From: the human T2T-CHM13v2.0 reference genome, Homo sapiens
Strand: one strand, 5' to 3'
Length of the DNA stretch: 64,000 nucleotides
Assembly (NCBI RefSeq): GCF_009914755.1
Contig: NC_060934.1
In this document: in pieces, positions 1 to 17,814 of the stretch
Layout of the letters: each line of letters opens with the position of its first letter
Position numbering within the stretch: the first letter of the stretch is position 1
Translations under genes and position numbers: made by a program
The notes under the pieces: model-generated
Told to the model about the DNA's origin: nothing
Database searches by the model: none
What the model saw: the letters and a program-made list of their open reading frames with translations, nothing else

Positions 1-230
1 GTCAGGAGTTCAAGACCAGCCTGGCCAACATGGTATGGTAAAACCCCGTCTCTACCAAAAAATAGCCAGGTGTGGTGGTACATGCCTGTAGTCCCAGCAA
101 CTCAGGAGGCTGAGGTGGGAGAATCACTTGAACCCAGGAGGCCAAGGCTGCAGTGAGCCAAGATCACGCCACTGCACTCCAGCCAGGTGACAGAGTGAGA
201 CCCTGTCTCAAAAACAAAAACGAAAAACAA
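1..230 (+). mobile_element. Alu (cut by window start)
   Basis: Alu consensus segments and A-rich tail. Confidence 0.9.
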
Positions 231-1639
231 ACTGCTCAGGTTTAACACTTTGAGGGTTAACTGGGTTTGGGATTTGGTTAAAAAAGTAAAATTAGTGTGA
301 TTTGAGCTAAAAATAGTAAGGATTTTATAAATTGTGTAAGGCTCAAATACCCTATTACCTAATTGCATTGCTATATACACCATGGTGTTTTTTCACTTCT
401 CTGTCTCCAGTCCCCAACCCCTACCCCAACACTCACACACTCACGCACACACACACATGTACACACACAACTGAAAGCTGCTGGAGGCCAGGCACTGTGT
501 GTTCATCTCAATCGGCCCAGCGCTGAGCACAGATGAACCCAGTACATCAGTAACGATGTAATCAACAGTTCTCTTTTGCCCCTTCCTTCAGGCAAGCAGG
601 TCTCTCACAAGCCCATGGCTCCCCATTGTGAGGGGATGGGTGTGGGAAAGCCAGGGCCGGACCCTTTGCCTGGTTCTTCATTCTCCACTTTCAAGAATAA
701 GCCCTCCATTTTTGGAAGCAGAGCCCTCGCAAGGGGACCATGCTTAACATCTTCATCTACCTCCATTTTCAAACCTATTCTGGGTCCTTAACTGCAGGTG
801 GCCTCCAGTAAGTGGCTTTGGAACCATGCCATGTCTTAAAGGCCCATACAATATCCCTTTTACCTTGGGCTGTTATTCAATGTAGAGACAATGAGGCCAC
901 ACTGGGGCACTAAACAACCCCTCACCCGCCCCCCACGTGGAATCTCATTGGTCTTGCCTCAGTTTAGAGAGAGTTAGGGGCCTCATGAGAGCAGGAGACA
1001 GCTGAGTGGGGGACCAGGAGACCTAGGTCTGGGACCTGCCACTCCACTCTTCGGACCTACAAGTCCGCTTCTCAGAAGTGAGGACATCTGAGTCCTCCTG
1101 ACACATCTGGTCTCAAACCATTCATGCTGCTTCCTCATCGTCCTCCCCCATACAATGGGGATCCAAATCCCACCTATTTCCGGGTTGTTCTGAGGGCTAC
1201 GTAAGATGCTTTATGTCAAATGCTCTGCCACGGTGCCTGGAAGATGGTTAGCTTCTCCCGGAGGGGTCAGTAATTAATAATAACGATAGTTACTATTATC
1301 ACAACACTTTAATATGGGTACTTCCGTTCTTCCACGATTAAATGGATGCATTTGCCCTGCTTAGCAAAGTTCGTCTCTTAGTTTTCTCTCTGCCAGCTCC
1401 AAAACAGGAAGGAGCTCTGGGTCCTCAGGGCTAGGGTGGGCAGGGGTACCACCACTGCCTCTAGGACCAGGACTCAACACCCGTGCTTCTCACCAGTCTG
1501 AGCGCCGAGGCTCTACTACCTGCCCCCTCCTTCCTGAAGCTCCCATGTGGGGCCTCTGTGCTCCGTGTCCTGATTTTCCTACTGCTCAGGCTGTGCCTGC
1601 TCGGCCTCCGCTGCTGTTTCTGGTGCTTTCAGTCAATCT

Positions 1640-2460
1640 CTAGATTTGAGAATTTTCTCAGGACCTGACTTCAGGCTTCTATTCTCCTCTTCCAAGCTTC
1701 TCCGCAGATGAGTTTGTCCACGCCCATGGCTTGAACTCACAGCTCCCTTTGCTGCCTCCCAGCTGTTAGCCCACCCTCAGAGCTGAGCTGCTGCCTGCAG
1801 CTTCTTCATTATCTCCCCTTGGATGACTCAGATACGCTCAAGACGAGCTCGGATTTTCCACCCAAATCTATGCCCCCTGCCCCAGCCCTGATTCCCAAGT
1901 CCTCCCAGACTTGGAAGCTGCACCACCATCCAGTTTTTCAAGCTGGAAATCCAGAAGTCACCCTTGATCTCTCTTTCTCTCCCTCCTATCTAATCAATCC
2001 ATTCATTATCCCAAGAGCAAAATATGTCCAACATCAGCCCACCAGCTTTTCTCGGTGTCTTTGGACCCAACAGACCCTAGCCCAAACCATCATCACCTTT
2101 GACAGGGGCTCAGCCTTCCCATTCACCACACAAGCAGCAGTGAGAGGCATTTTTGAAGCACTAACTGATCCTCTTCCTCCCCCTCAGAGGCTTCCATGGC
2201 AGTGACAGCAAAGTGCAGCGTCCTGGCATGAGTAAGGCCTTATCCCCCTGTTTCCTCCATGGCACCTTTTTCAATATTTTTTTACAACCTTATTTTCATT
2301 CCCACATTTACAGTCAATTTCTCTTACTGTCACCCATGGTTCTTGCCCCAGGAGGTCAAGGACTATGTCTCTTCTGGCCACTTCGCTGGAGAGCCTGACC
2401 AAGGGCATGAGACATCGGGGGTGCTCTAGGAGTAGATGTTGAAGGATTTAATAAAATGAC
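1640..2460 (+). mobile_element. Degenerate L2-like LINE fragments
   Basis: Resembles L2 3' region (cccatggcttgaactcac, gtcacccttgatctctctttctctccc, ggcaaggactatgtct-like motifs); by eye only. Confidence 0.45.
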
Positions 2461-3370
2461 TGAGCCAGCCCTCCTACCACATTTCCCCTAGTAGCACCAC
2501 CCTGCTGGGTGCAAAACTGCTTCCCCTATCTCCCACACAGGTAGGGCAGGGAGTGATCAAGACCAGAATATCAAAATAGGCAGCCTACAGATGGGCTACC
2601 CTCCCCAGGCTTATTTAGGAAGAGTTCACAGCTGCAGAAAAGGAGGGATGGCACAGTGAGTATCCACCACTGCTGGGTTTGCTTGTTACACCTACTCAAT
2701 CACTTGCTGTCTCCATGTCCTGCCCCACCTGCCCCCACACACATACACACTTGGGATAGTGAATGGATTGATTATATTTTATGGCTGGACCACTTAAAAC
2801 TGAGCTGCAGGCATCACTGATACTTCACAAATCTCAATTCTTCAGCGTATTTCTCCTACAACAGATACCACTGTCACCACCCCCGGCAAATTCAACACTG
2901 ATACAGAAATATAACCAGTAATATTATACAGTCCATATTCAAAGGACACTCACAAATGTCCTTTCTAAGAACTGGCCACCCTCCCCGACCCACAGGATCC
3001 AGTCCAGGATCCCACTTTTACACTTAGGAATTGTCTCATCGGCCCCCTTTTATCTGGAACCGTCTCCCCAGCAGTTTTTGTCTTTCGAGACACTGACATT
3101 TGGAAGCGATATCTTGTCAAATGTCCCATGTTCTGGATCTGTCTGGTTGTCTCTGGATGCCAAATAGATTGGCAAACTACCCTACATACACGCACACACA
3201 CGCACGTGTACGTAAACACAATCACAGAAGTCAAAACTGTGTTTAATTAGTTTCCCAAAACCTATATATTGGGAGATTTTTATACGAAAAAGATCTGAAA
3301 AAGTCTTAAACTCTAAACTCTCCTGAAAAAATGTTTTTAAAGTTTTTCTTAAATTAAAAAGAAAAAAGGC

Positions 3371-3556
3371 AAAACCCCGTCTCTACCAAAACAAAAAACA
3401 AAAAACACAAAACTTAGCCAGGCATGGTGGCACATCCTCGTACTCCCAGCTACTCAGGAGGTTGAGGTGGGAGGCTCACCTGAACCCAGGAGGTCAAGGC
3501 TGCAGTGAGCTGTGATTATGCCACGGCACTCCAGCCTGTTTGAAAGAAAGAAAAAA
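3371..3556 (+). mobile_element. Alu right-arm fragment (old, AluJ-like)
   Basis: ccccgtctctac...ttagccaggcatggtggc...ctccagcctg. Confidence 0.8.
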
Positions 3557-4479
3557 CCATCCAGAACATGGGGTAGCTCTGGGCCATGTTCCTATGTGGC
3601 CAGAGAGTAGAGCTGAGGTGCAGCCATCCCTCGAATCTCTGCACTCTGAGTGATCCGCAGGCCTTGGTGGTGTGACTGGCATGGCCCCATGGAGACTTGA
3701 GTTTGTGACTCTTCAGGCAACCCAGACCCCCAGTGACAGAGGGTGCACGCCGACCAGAGGATCTCACCTCTTTGGGGACCCAAGGAATTCCTGGCACTGC
3801 AATAAACTGCAATGCAGGTAGGAGCAAGGCCCACCTCTGCACAGGAGGCAGCTCCGCCCCTCCGCTTCCCTATGTGTGGGGCTGACAAGGGAGTTTTGGG
3901 TCATCCAAAATGCCTCCGAGGACATCTGGGCACCTGTCTAACTACTCTCAGAATAACTGAAATGTTTCAAGTTCCACGGTAAGTGGCACGCCTGGAATGC
4001 AGGCAGTCCACCTCAGGGGACCTGGCCAACTTCTAACCACAGAGGGTCACCCGCCAAACGAGGCAAAATAAACGCAGAGCTCCAGGACGCAAGGTTACTA
4101 AAATACCCCTTTGTTTGACCTTTACTCTTAGAATATTTAATGCCATATCAAACCCAAAACACTAAACACCTAAAGTCTATGTTCAAAAACTCAGTAACCA
4201 CAAAATAAATGAAGCTTAAGAAAAAAAAAAAAGAAAGAAAGAAAATCATCCGAATTAAAGGGGGCCTTTAAAACCATCCATTTCCCACCTGGAGAGCTGA
4301 ATTCCGAGGGAAATCACACATGGTCCTGTCTCAAAGAAGAGGTATCTTTTCTGCTCATCTCTGCAGCGATGCTATAGGTTTATGAGGCTGCTTTGGTTTT
4401 AAACAGTTCATTAAACTCAAATGGGAATAACGCAATAAATATTTTCCAGGTTGTACAAGACATGCGAGGGCTTGATCTA

Positions 4480-4830
<351 letters not shown>

Positions 4831-4867
4831 TTAGTTATTACAACCCATGCTTTTTTTTTTTTTTTTA

Positions 4868-5284
<417 letters not shown>

Positions 5285-5705
5285 TCAAAAGGCACAGAGA
5301 CACAGTTGACGTGCTCTTCCCTGTCACTCTCATGCTGTCACCTGCGCCCTCTTGGAAAGCAATGGATCCCTCCACTCTATCCTTTTGGTTCATTTTAACT
5401 ATTCAATAAGTAATATATTATTTTTAATCACATAAATGAATAATAAAGCTCTTAGATCTTTGCAACATTTTTTACCCATACATTATCCTTTTGGAACCTG
5501 TTGGGCTTATAAAAACAAAACCAGATCATTCCTTTTCACAGCTGCATATACTGTATCGTATAAACACACCACACTTTATTTATCCATTCCCTTATATGCA
5601 TAGGCATTTGCTTCCAGGTTTCAGCCATAACAAACAGTAGGCAATGAACATCTCTGTACATGTTCCCTTACACACGTGTGCAATAATTTCTCCATGGTAT
5701 AGGCT

Positions 5706-5924
5706 CGGGGTTGGCAGACTACAGCCTGCAAGCCAAATCCTGCCTACCGCCTGTTTGGGTAATTAAATTTTATTGGCATGCAGCCAGGTCCATTCATTTC
5801 TGTACTTCTAGCACTGCTTTCTCACTACTATGGCAGACACGAGAAGTTGCGACAAAGACCATACGGCCCACAAAAGTCTAAAATATCTACGACCTCCCTT
5901 TACAGAAAAAGTTCACCAATTCCT
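5706..5924 (+). mobile_element. MER58A-like hAT-Charlie MITE, flanked by old L1-like sequence
   Basis: ggggttggcagactacagcc...gccaaatcc...ccctttacagaaaaagtt matches the MER58A pattern. Confidence 0.75.
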
Positions 5925-6523
5925 ATATAGACCTACAAGAGAAATTGCTAAGTCAAAGATAGGCGTTTTCAAGTTTACTAATTACTTAGCAAATTGATTT
6001 CAAAGTGCCAGTAAACATTCAATGGAAGAAGCCAGGGTCTCTCTCCCCCAGGGAAAATAACGTATTCCTTCATACCGCTTTCTCCTCTTTTAAGCTATTC
6101 TTGGGAGCTCAGCCATCTGTGACCCACAGCAAGATGTGGATTCTTCAATCCCTGTTTTAAGGGAAGAACTTCTCAACCAAAACATAGGATCTTATTCTGA
6201 CAAATCTCTCTTAGCACTTACAAAACAAAAACATAAGGAGGCTGCCTTTTCCAAAACCCCCTCCAGGTTATGACCTAGAAACAGCAGCGCCCTCTAGGCC
6301 CTCAAATCCAAAGTCACCTGCACCCTCCTTTCCACTGGCCCCCAGGTACGGGCACAGACCCTTCTTTGTGTTCATGGCTAGGAACATCTTCCAATGGGGA
6401 TTTTAAAAAGAACTTTAAACATGCACACAGGGTGCTCTGGGAGCAGGATCTGGAAGCCCAGCCATTTCTAAAATGATTCAATCAAACTGCAGAGTATTTG
6501 GGCGAATGCAGTTTTTCCTCCTA

Positions 6524-6658
<135 letters not shown>

Positions 6659-8785
6659 TCACAAATCAGTTCATTTCCTCTAACTCATGGGCAGCTACTG
6701 TTAGTTGCCAAAGACTTAGTTGAAACAGCATGAAATTGAATTTCAGAATCAGAAAAGATTTTCCAAATCATCTCCCTCATTTTATCGAGGAAGGGACAAA
6801 GGCCTACACAGGGAACTGCCTCACTCTGTGTCAAAGAGCTCACTGGGGGGCCAATGGGGCCAAGAGTCAGGACGAGAGCAGGGGCTTCTGACACTAATGC
6901 CAATTCTTTCCTAGACCATGAGATAATCTCATCCTCTGCCATATCTAAGGCGTCTCAGAAAACCACACCAAACTTCATGGTGCCTGAAACCAGCGAGGAG
7001 ACCGAGGGTAGGGCCATTTCAAATCACTACAGACTTGCTCCCGACCAAGCATTCTTAACCCAGCCCCTCGAGGCCCTTAGAGCGTTCCGAGGTGGGTTCA
7101 GACGGTTCCCCATAAACAGGGCCATAAACGTGTGTGCATGTGCATTCTGAGCAGGTAAAGGGCTGCGACTTCTAGTGGCTTCTCAGAGGGCACTGCAGTT
7201 CCCATCCTAAGAAAAGTTACATAAACTTCCGCTCTGTAATTTCAAGCAAGAATGGCACAGGTTCCACATACGCGGGCTCGCAGTTAGCTTCTCTTAGATT
7301 CTCCTAAGTGGCAAGACTTTCCCATGTGCCCTCCACCTCAAGCTAATTCAGTATGGAAAAATCTGGGTTTCCTTTAAAAAAAAAATGAAATATGGGCATG
7401 GATAAGAACCATGTTGCAAACAGTTTTTTAGCTTCACAAAAGGAAGATCAATACAAGTGACTGTGTGTGCAAAATTTACACTGATGTATGTGAAGGAGGG
7501 AGCCACGGGCCATGAGGAGGGAGGGAGACACAGCCGTGGGCTGTAAGAAAGGACACGCCACAATGGCTTGGGGACTAATATCCTTCTGTGTCCTTACAGG
7601 GAAGGCTGCCAGCCTGGGCATCACAAGAGAAAGAGAACTCCCAGACCTCCCTTTTTGCAATATCCCATGTAACTCTGAGCTCCATTAGCAAAACCAGAAG
7701 TTCCGCCAAAAGAGATGAGAAGCCTGGGTCCTCCCCACACCTGGCCCTGGTACGCAGCCAGGGGCTGCCTCAGTCAGTGGTGCCATGACACCTGGGGCAA
7801 GACAGCACAGTGTTCCTCCCCGGCATCAGGCTCCAAGGTGGGGAACATCTCAAAGCACTCTAGTTTTCCTTGGGAGTCACTCAGATAAACAGCCTTTTAA
7901 AAAACCCAAAAAACAAAATGCACATCTTGTTGACAAAGTCCAGCCTGCTACTTCCCCTTGGGAGGGATGTGATGACTATCCCATGAGAACCCACAAAAGA
8001 AAGACAAAGCCTAACTCCAGAGCGCCTGCGACATGCCCAGCACCATATCCCAAGGATGGGCCTCTCTGCCTGGAAACGTGGGAAACACTCGGCATGGGAT
8101 CTTCTTTCCGAGATCCCTACAAGAGGATTTATAATGTGACAGTTCCCTATAACTCTTCTCATAAAAGAATACTGCAGGACGAATAAGTTAATGGTTAAAA
8201 GTTCTTTAAGTTCTTTGGACATGGGCATGAAGCAGGGTTGGAAGGTTAACGTAGAAGTGTTCACAGTCCCACAAACACAACACGACATTTACATCTCAGG
8301 GTAATTGTTTATGTGTCCCAGGAGGCTCTGCACCAGCCCTGATCCTGTTCACTCCTTCTCAGCTTCTAAGTGACTCTCCCAGACCAGTGTCATTTCTGCT
8401 TTGTTCCTCACGCAAAAGAGAAGGCTTTCTGCTCCCTTACGTCTCTTCGTTCCCTCCAAAAACACAAATTTTCTTGTACTTGTAAAGTTAAGGTTTAAGT
8501 CCCAAATCTAACACACCAACTCCTAGCTAATAAATTCAATTATATGTGAGTTGATAATTTCTAAGCACATAAAAATACAGAGAGAATGAAGAATTGTGGT
8601 CACGAAGAAGGAGTCAAAGAATAACTCTATGTAGGAGGCTACCGCTTTCTAACAAAACTGGCTTTTCTTTATAAGTACACACAGCTCAAGATAAATAGTC
8701 TGTCCGAGATGCTGATTTATACCGAAAACTTCTCAACCCCTAGGTCAACTATGTGCTCTCTGACCCCGTGCCATGATAGAGTTCA

Positions 8786-9001
<216 letters not shown>

Positions 9002-11822
9002 TTAGCACATAGCATCTGGTGATGGGGTGTAGTGAGGGAAATTCCAGAACTAAATATAAAAATCTTTCAGCGGCTTACTAAAGCATGGAGTGCTTATCAT
9101 ATGGAACTAATGAGACTTAGGGTACACACGCGCCTGAGTATTTTCCTAGTGACGTTTTAGAGAATGTCAATTACTGGTGGAACGGCTATTAAATTTCACA
9201 TTGGTATTCTCGGTTTATTTTCTTTAGGGAAGGTATCCTTGCTAGTGCGGTGGTCAGCTTTCCTAAGTGCCAGAGAAGAGCTTTTGATCTTGAGCCAATT
9301 AAATATTTGTAATTTAGAATGGCTCAAAGAAAAAACGTTAAGACTGTTCTTATTTTTTTGTCCCTGTAAAATGGTGGCTTTAAAATTATTATTCAAATAC
9401 CAATGGATTTTATGGTCACATTCCTTGCCAAGTTACAGGATATGCCTCTTAAAAGCATTTCAAGGAATCTCTAATTTTTTACTAAAAAGAAAATTCTAAA
9501 AAATTGGGGACTTTTTTTTTGACATAAGTTTAAAAGTCCTTATGACTACATAAAATTAACAATGAAGAAAATCCAAAGTGAACACCACAAATTAAATTTC
9601 TAAGATTACAAGGTCTATGCACATCGGACGAATAGCCATATATTGTCCTTGTGCATTCCAGAAACCAACAAAACGCAAAAGTCTTTGGAATACTTATGAA
9701 TACGGCTCTTTCTAACTTAAGCATAACACAGCAAAGCATGGAGCTGCCATTAGTAAACAGTATTTAAGGTAAGTACACAATAGTTTGCAAAAGTGCAGCA
9801 TAAAGACTAAGGGCAGCATGTGCTATGCAGAGGTCATTTTGTTTCTACCCAGAACGAAAATTAAATTTAACATCTTGGCAGAAAATAAATATTTGCATTG
9901 GAAAAATGGCTAATTTATGTCCCACCGCCTTGCTACTACAAGCATAACAATCCTTTCTTTGTATAACTTCTGCCTCCGATCTAATAAACTGCTTCTAAAT
10001 AGCCTTCATTCATTGGAAATCTGTTCCACCTACGTTTGCGCTAAACACTGTTTTGAAATGTTTAGCACTCAGATTTTCCACACTCAGGGTACCCCGGGTG
10101 GGAGGTAACAGTTGGGCACATACAGACTTCCACTGTTGACTGTGGTGTCACAGGTGGCAAAAACTATGGACTAAACCCGAAAGCTGCAATTTCTTAAAAT
10201 ATGATCACAACTCTCCAGTTCAGTTATATATATAGGAATGTGCACATGAACCTATCTGTGTATATAATCACACACAAACTAGGGCTGGCGGAGTTCACAA
10301 GAAACATCCATTTCTCCACATCCTACAGGTAAAGAAACCATTCTTTGTGTTTTCTCTGGTGCCCCACCAGTAAATGTCCAATTAACATGCCTTGAGTGAA
10401 TGAATAAGTGAATGAGTGAGTGGTCTTTTCACTACAGTATACAAATCAACTGGAAATTACTTCCATTAACACTCTAACCAAATAATATCCATACAATTAT
10501 TCAGTCCTAGCTAACGGTACACATCTCTAAATTGGCACTTGGGAAACAAAACTGATGTGACATCACGTGAATCAAAATCAGAAGTGCCAGCCACATAAGC
10601 TACCTCTCCCTTCCAAATAGAGCTCATCAGATCAGTCTCTGGAAGAGCTTATCTTTGCATTTCCAAATGTGTATAGGTACACATGAGAAGTGTATATAAT
10701 CTGAGGAGCTACTGAAAATGTCAAGGCAAACAGGGTAGCTGCTTATAAGCAAGTCAAGAGCTTATTCCAGTGTATGTGATGCAGAAGTAGTCAGCATTTC
10801 CACCTTCCCGTACTCTCAAGCTGTGACGACAAAAAGTACCCCAGAAGTGAGTGGACAGCCCTACAATGACCACTGCACTTCCTTTCAGAAGGAGGATCTA
10901 GGGGTCGGTCCCTGCCTAGAGGACGAGGGCTAGGAGCTCAAATTCTGCCCACTGACTCCATGCCCCACACGATGATCCTGCTGAGGTTTGCAGTTCAGAG
11001 CTCCCAGGTTACCACCACGTGAAGGGAAATGAAAGGAAAACTCGCACAAGCCAAGAACTCTGCTCAGTCCTGGGAGGTCTGAACCACCACCCTCATTTTA
11101 TGAGAATGAATTTCAGAGAATCAGGTGCCTCACCCGAGGTTGCCCAGCCACTGTCTGGCAAAGCCAGGATTCAAATGCAGCCCAACGGAGCTCCAGTACG
11201 TGGAGTTCAAGCGAGACCAAGAGATACATAGCCCCAACACCACCCAGGTGGCCATATTTTGACTAAACATCTGATTGGCACACCTCTGTATCATCCAACA
11301 AGGAAAATATTATGGATCACAGAAATTAGATGTCAGGTACCATATTTGAAGCTTTTCAGCCCAATATGACATTAATAACCAATGAGAACAGCAACACTGG
11401 GTAGCGGTCCTTAAGGCCATTTATATTCTGCATCTAATTTCTCCACAGAAGTGAACAGAGAACAGTCTTGTTCTAGTAACCAAAAGCTGGAATGTCAGAT
11501 CTGTTTTATAAATTGGATAATTCTACTTTTATTCCATTTGACGGAGTCTGAATTGCCCAGACACTTAAAAAATGATAACCAGATGCCATCTTCTTTGGGG
11601 ACCAGCCAGGGGCAAGTAGCTCTGCTTTCAAGGAGTTATTTTTTTTTTTAAATCCATTTTTTTCTTTTCCAGGAGTTGGTTATTTAGAAATACAATCTTA
11701 CTCCTGCTGACATCATCACACCAAGACCTTTGTGGCTAAGGGTCATAAAAAGAAAATGTTAATCCAATATCCCCATTTATAGCTGAGTCTCCATCCTGGG
11801 ACATGGCCAAGAGAAGTACTCA

Positions 11823-12164
<342 letters not shown>

Positions 12165-14108
12165 TCATCCAAATTTTATGTTCCTATGTTCAGGTTTTTC
12201 TATGAAATTTTTCTATACCATCTGATCACAATGTAAATTTTCTTTCTGTCCTAATTCCTCCAGAGAGTCACTTGAGGACATGCAGACAGTCCTCTCTGGC
12301 TTCATTAGTGCCTTTATGGTTGTACCTGCACCTGTACTGGAGCCCTGGATAATGGATCCCCTCTCAGACTACCCGGATCATGGATCAATGCTGTGCTTAT
12401 GAAATTCTACGAAAACTTTTAGGAAATTGGCTCTACCATATTTCCTCTGTCTTTGGAAATGTAAAGTGGAATATCTCAAGGAAAGAGTTCTAGGACTTGA
12501 ATGTGGAAGACATTCAGTAGCTCCGAGTCCCTTTAACTCAAAATAACCCCAGACCCCAGCATTGGGGGCCATTCTTTGTTTCTCCCCAGTCCTTCTGGAA
12601 ACTTATTGATGGCCAGGCTATTCAGTGGAAATGGGCTGCCTCTTGTCTTCGGTTTCAGAAACCAGTGCACTAAACACGTGGGATGAAGCATCAATGGAAA
12701 GAAAATACACCTTTTCCCATAACCACACAAGAGAACTCCTCTCCCACCTGGCAGTACACAGGGCTCCACCGAGTTACTTTCTTGTTTATCCTGATCCATT
12801 TCAGTGTGTCTGATAAAATGATTATTTCTTAAATATATCACTGTCCTTTGGCTGGTTTCTATGGAAAAAAAAGACTCACGCAGAGCACACTGGAAGGCCA
12901 CTTTTGAGGATGACTACGCAATCTTAGTCTGACCACAGGCTGCTTGAACACTGTCTTATTCTAAACCATGAACAAGACTTTGGCCCAAGAGAACAAGAAT
13001 GTGAAGTTAACCACGATCCATCTCCAAGCAGGCAACTAGCCCACCCTGGGCTCTGTCTCCTGCGTGACTGCCCAGGTGGATAGTACTCCTGGATGTGCTT
13101 ACAAACGCCTTCAATCACACTGGCAAAGACTGAGTCCAGATGAACAAATTTAGGTGGGATGAACTTTCACAGGGTGGGTCCTGGGCTCTTCTCACAGGGA
13201 ACCAGAGGACCTGTCCTGTTTGAAAAGCTTTGAATCTCGCCTTTGTAAACCCAGACTTCCCTCAAAGCAGGCTGGAAATTCAAGAAGATGCCCAAGAATA
13301 GATTAGGGGAAGAAAATCATTTTAGGATTAGGAAGTTGTTTTCAGTATTAAAATAAAGAAGTGGGCCATTTTTCACATAGAATTCCTATTATCTTTTAAA
13401 ACGTACATGAGCACTTCCTGAGCCTTCCATTCAATCTTTTGGCAGGGGGCAGTTATTCCTAAACTTCATTATGCAGATAGTATGAGCAACATTTATTCAT
13501 TGTATGGTCAAAATGTTTTAAAAGCGGGAACTAAAGAATCATTAATTGTGGAGCTGAGATCCTCACACCCAAGTGTCTGGGTTGCACAAGCAAATGGCAG
13601 AAGCAAGCGGGAAAAGACGAGAAGGTAAATGTGGGTGCTCCTGGGGAATCCGTCCTGCTCCCCACTGAGGTCACAGACTAGGCATAAGCCCCACCCTGGA
13701 TGAAACAGACAACTTTAAAGTCCCCGCCATGTGGTATCCAACCTCACTGTAGTGAGCTAACCTCGTCTGCGGGACACATCAGAAGCCAGGAACTTTCAGA
13801 GAACATCAAGACTTCCAGTTTGCATTGGTCCACAGGAACATCTCAAGCTCCACCTACAGAGCTCAGAAAGATTCAGGAGCGGGTTTAACGGCCAATGATG
13901 CTTCCCCAAATCTTTCTGTCCTCCTAATTCATTCTGCATCAGGGCCGTGTGCTGTGGATGCTTAAGTACGCAGGTGTTTTCAAGACTAAGAAGGTCTTCT
14001 GAAAGTTCTTCCCCATGAACAGGCAAAAATCACCACTCATTGCAGGGGGACCTTATGCTTGAGGATATCATGGGCAAGAAGCTCCAGCCAAACTAGTAAG
14101 AACCGGCC

Positions 14109-14534
<426 letters not shown>

Positions 14535-15327
14535 CTATGGGGTGCATAGGAAGCTGCAATCAATAGAGGAGTGGGAACCGATTAAGCAATTGCTTGGGAC
14601 CGCAGTCCTGGATGACGTTAACACCCAGCAGAGGCAGAGGCATGGCTGGGCTTCTGTGCCTCCTCCCTGAAAATCACCGCTCTCATCAGCGAGGCTCACA
14701 GAATAGGATGTGGGGAAGGCAGCTGTCCCACAGCGAGGTGTGAGAACAAGGGCACTTAAAAGTTTCTGGAAGGATATATAAGAGACTTAGCAGTGATCAC
14801 CTGTGGGCAGAGAGATTAGGAGTTGAGAGAGGGGGTAGAAAATACATTTTATTTCAGAACTTTCTAGACCATTTGGATTTTATGACCATGTGTATGTAAT
14901 TCTTTTATGTTCTAGAAGAAGTACTTTATTTAACAAAAATATTTTTTAGAATAATAAGGATCTGAGCTGAGGCATGAACAACGGAAAAGAAAACGAAGGG
15001 CATATGCTTGAAATATGCTGACTTCTAAAATGAGTGAAAACTTACAAGATCACTGCTTTCGGCCCTTCCTTCTGCTACCAGGCTAGGTTTTGTGGCATCT
15101 CTGCATCCTTCGATGTGGGCAACAGCCAATCCCGTTGCTGCCCTTCCTGTGCTCATCATTCACAACATGAGGCCCCGCATTAGGCAGGCTGCATCCTGAC
15201 CAACTGCAATAACATGGGACTGTGCGGTCAGATTGTCAGGGTCCCTGTCCCAGTTTGAGCACTCACTCACTGTGTGAGCTTTGGGAAATCACTTAACCTT
15301 TCTAGACCTGGGTTTCCTCATCTGTTA

Positions 15328-15735
<408 letters not shown>

Positions 15736-15883
15736 TCAGTTAATGTCTGCTACCAACACTGCAATATTTTCTCTTAGTCCCTTTAGAATCATTTGCTGCC
15801 CAGATCTGAGAGAACAGACAAAGACACTTCTCTCTGGGTAACTTGGAGCGTTTGGAGCCTAGGGTGGTTCTGTGTGTAAGATA

Positions 15884-16210
15884 CAGTCAGTCCTCCATAT
15901 CTGTGGGTTCCGCATTCATGGTTTCAACCAATCACAGATCAAAAATATTTGAAAGCTAATTAATAAAAAATAACAATACAACAATTTTAAAATACAAATA
16001 AAAAACAATACAGTATAACAACTATTTACATAGCATTTACAACGCGTTAGTTATTACAGGTATCACTAGAAATGACTAAGTATATGAGAGGATGTACACA
16101 GTTCATATGCAAATACTACACCATTTTAAATAAAGGTCTTGGGCATCCACATATTTTGGTATATTCGGGGTTGTTAGAACCAATCCCCAACGCATACCAA
16201 GCGACGATTG
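15884..16210 (-). mobile_element. MER2 (Tigger-family DNA transposon relic)
   Basis: TA-flanked; imperfect terminal inverted repeats cagtcagtcctccatatc... and ...gcataccaagcgacgattg. Confidence 0.75.
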
Positions 16211-17445
16211 TACTGTCAAACTGTGTGCAACCAGGAAGATAACCCAGTGACATTAAAGGCTGACTGCAGAAGATATGCCTTAGTGGGCATGTCTGATTTG
16301 CTAGATGAGGCCCTCTGCTCACTGCCAAGGATGGGCTGGGGTTCTAGTAAGCAGGAGATGAAGAATCCAGGAGTCAGGGAATCATCTCAGGGCAGGAGGA
16401 AAACTGGACAGTAAGAGGGTCCTAATGACAAATATGGCTTAGGGGTTACCTCAGAAGAGAAAAATTTAACATTCAGTCTGAAGTTCACCCCTCTATGGCT
16501 CACCCATGACCCCAAAGGAATCTGCATCCACAAACCCCTGGCAAAAGTTCACATGTATCTACACCATCCCCCAAACAGACTGTCTCGAGAAGATTTTCAT
16601 GTGACAGCTTTTCAAATGGAAAGCCTAAAAATAAATAAATAAGAAAGCCTTTATCAACTTTATTGTCATTATTATTAGAATTTTAAAAATGAGGTCTACA
16701 AGAAGGATGACTTACGGGAATTTTGTTCAGATGAAGTACGGAGATTCAGATTAAATGTACAAACCTGGAAAATACTTTTATAAGAACACGAAACGGGGGA
16801 AAAGGGTAAGAAAACGTGCAAAGTCTAAGAAACTATAGAATTTGATTGCTCTGTCTACTGAGGTATATCTTAATTTTACCTCCATGCATTTTTACTATGC
16901 TTTTAAAATCCCCTCTGGGGCTATAAAATACGGCTGGCTTTCTCTTCATTCCCTTCCACTCCAAGAGCGAGCCTGTGTTGGGGGCTTGGCCCGGTCCTGG
17001 GCAGGCCATTCCCCTGTGGGACTCCATGTTTTACTGGGCATCTTTCCTCTGAATCAGGAACCTCAAATAACTCCCACTGCTCATCTCTGAAATCCTTCTA
17101 CTTCTTTAGCACTATTAAATTCTCTTTTCTTTTGCACAAAATCATAATCTTCCTTATTCTTCAATTCCTACCTAGAAACTTCAATTCCAGAGTTTCATTA
17201 CTAACCAATTTTAACATATTCTCTTGTTAGTGATAAGTGAGTTACTTATAAACAATCAACACGAACACTCTAGTAAACTGTTTTCCCACTCCCGAATCTT
17301 GGCAGGCATTTTTTTTTAAGCATGTATTTTCACAGACTCCAATTCCATTTCCTCACTTTCCGGAATCTCTCCAGCATGTGCCATAAGTCAAGCTTTTAAG
17401 TAAATGTGCTTTTCGTACATTTCCATAGTACATATGGGAGATTAA

Positions 17446-17814
<369 letters not shown>

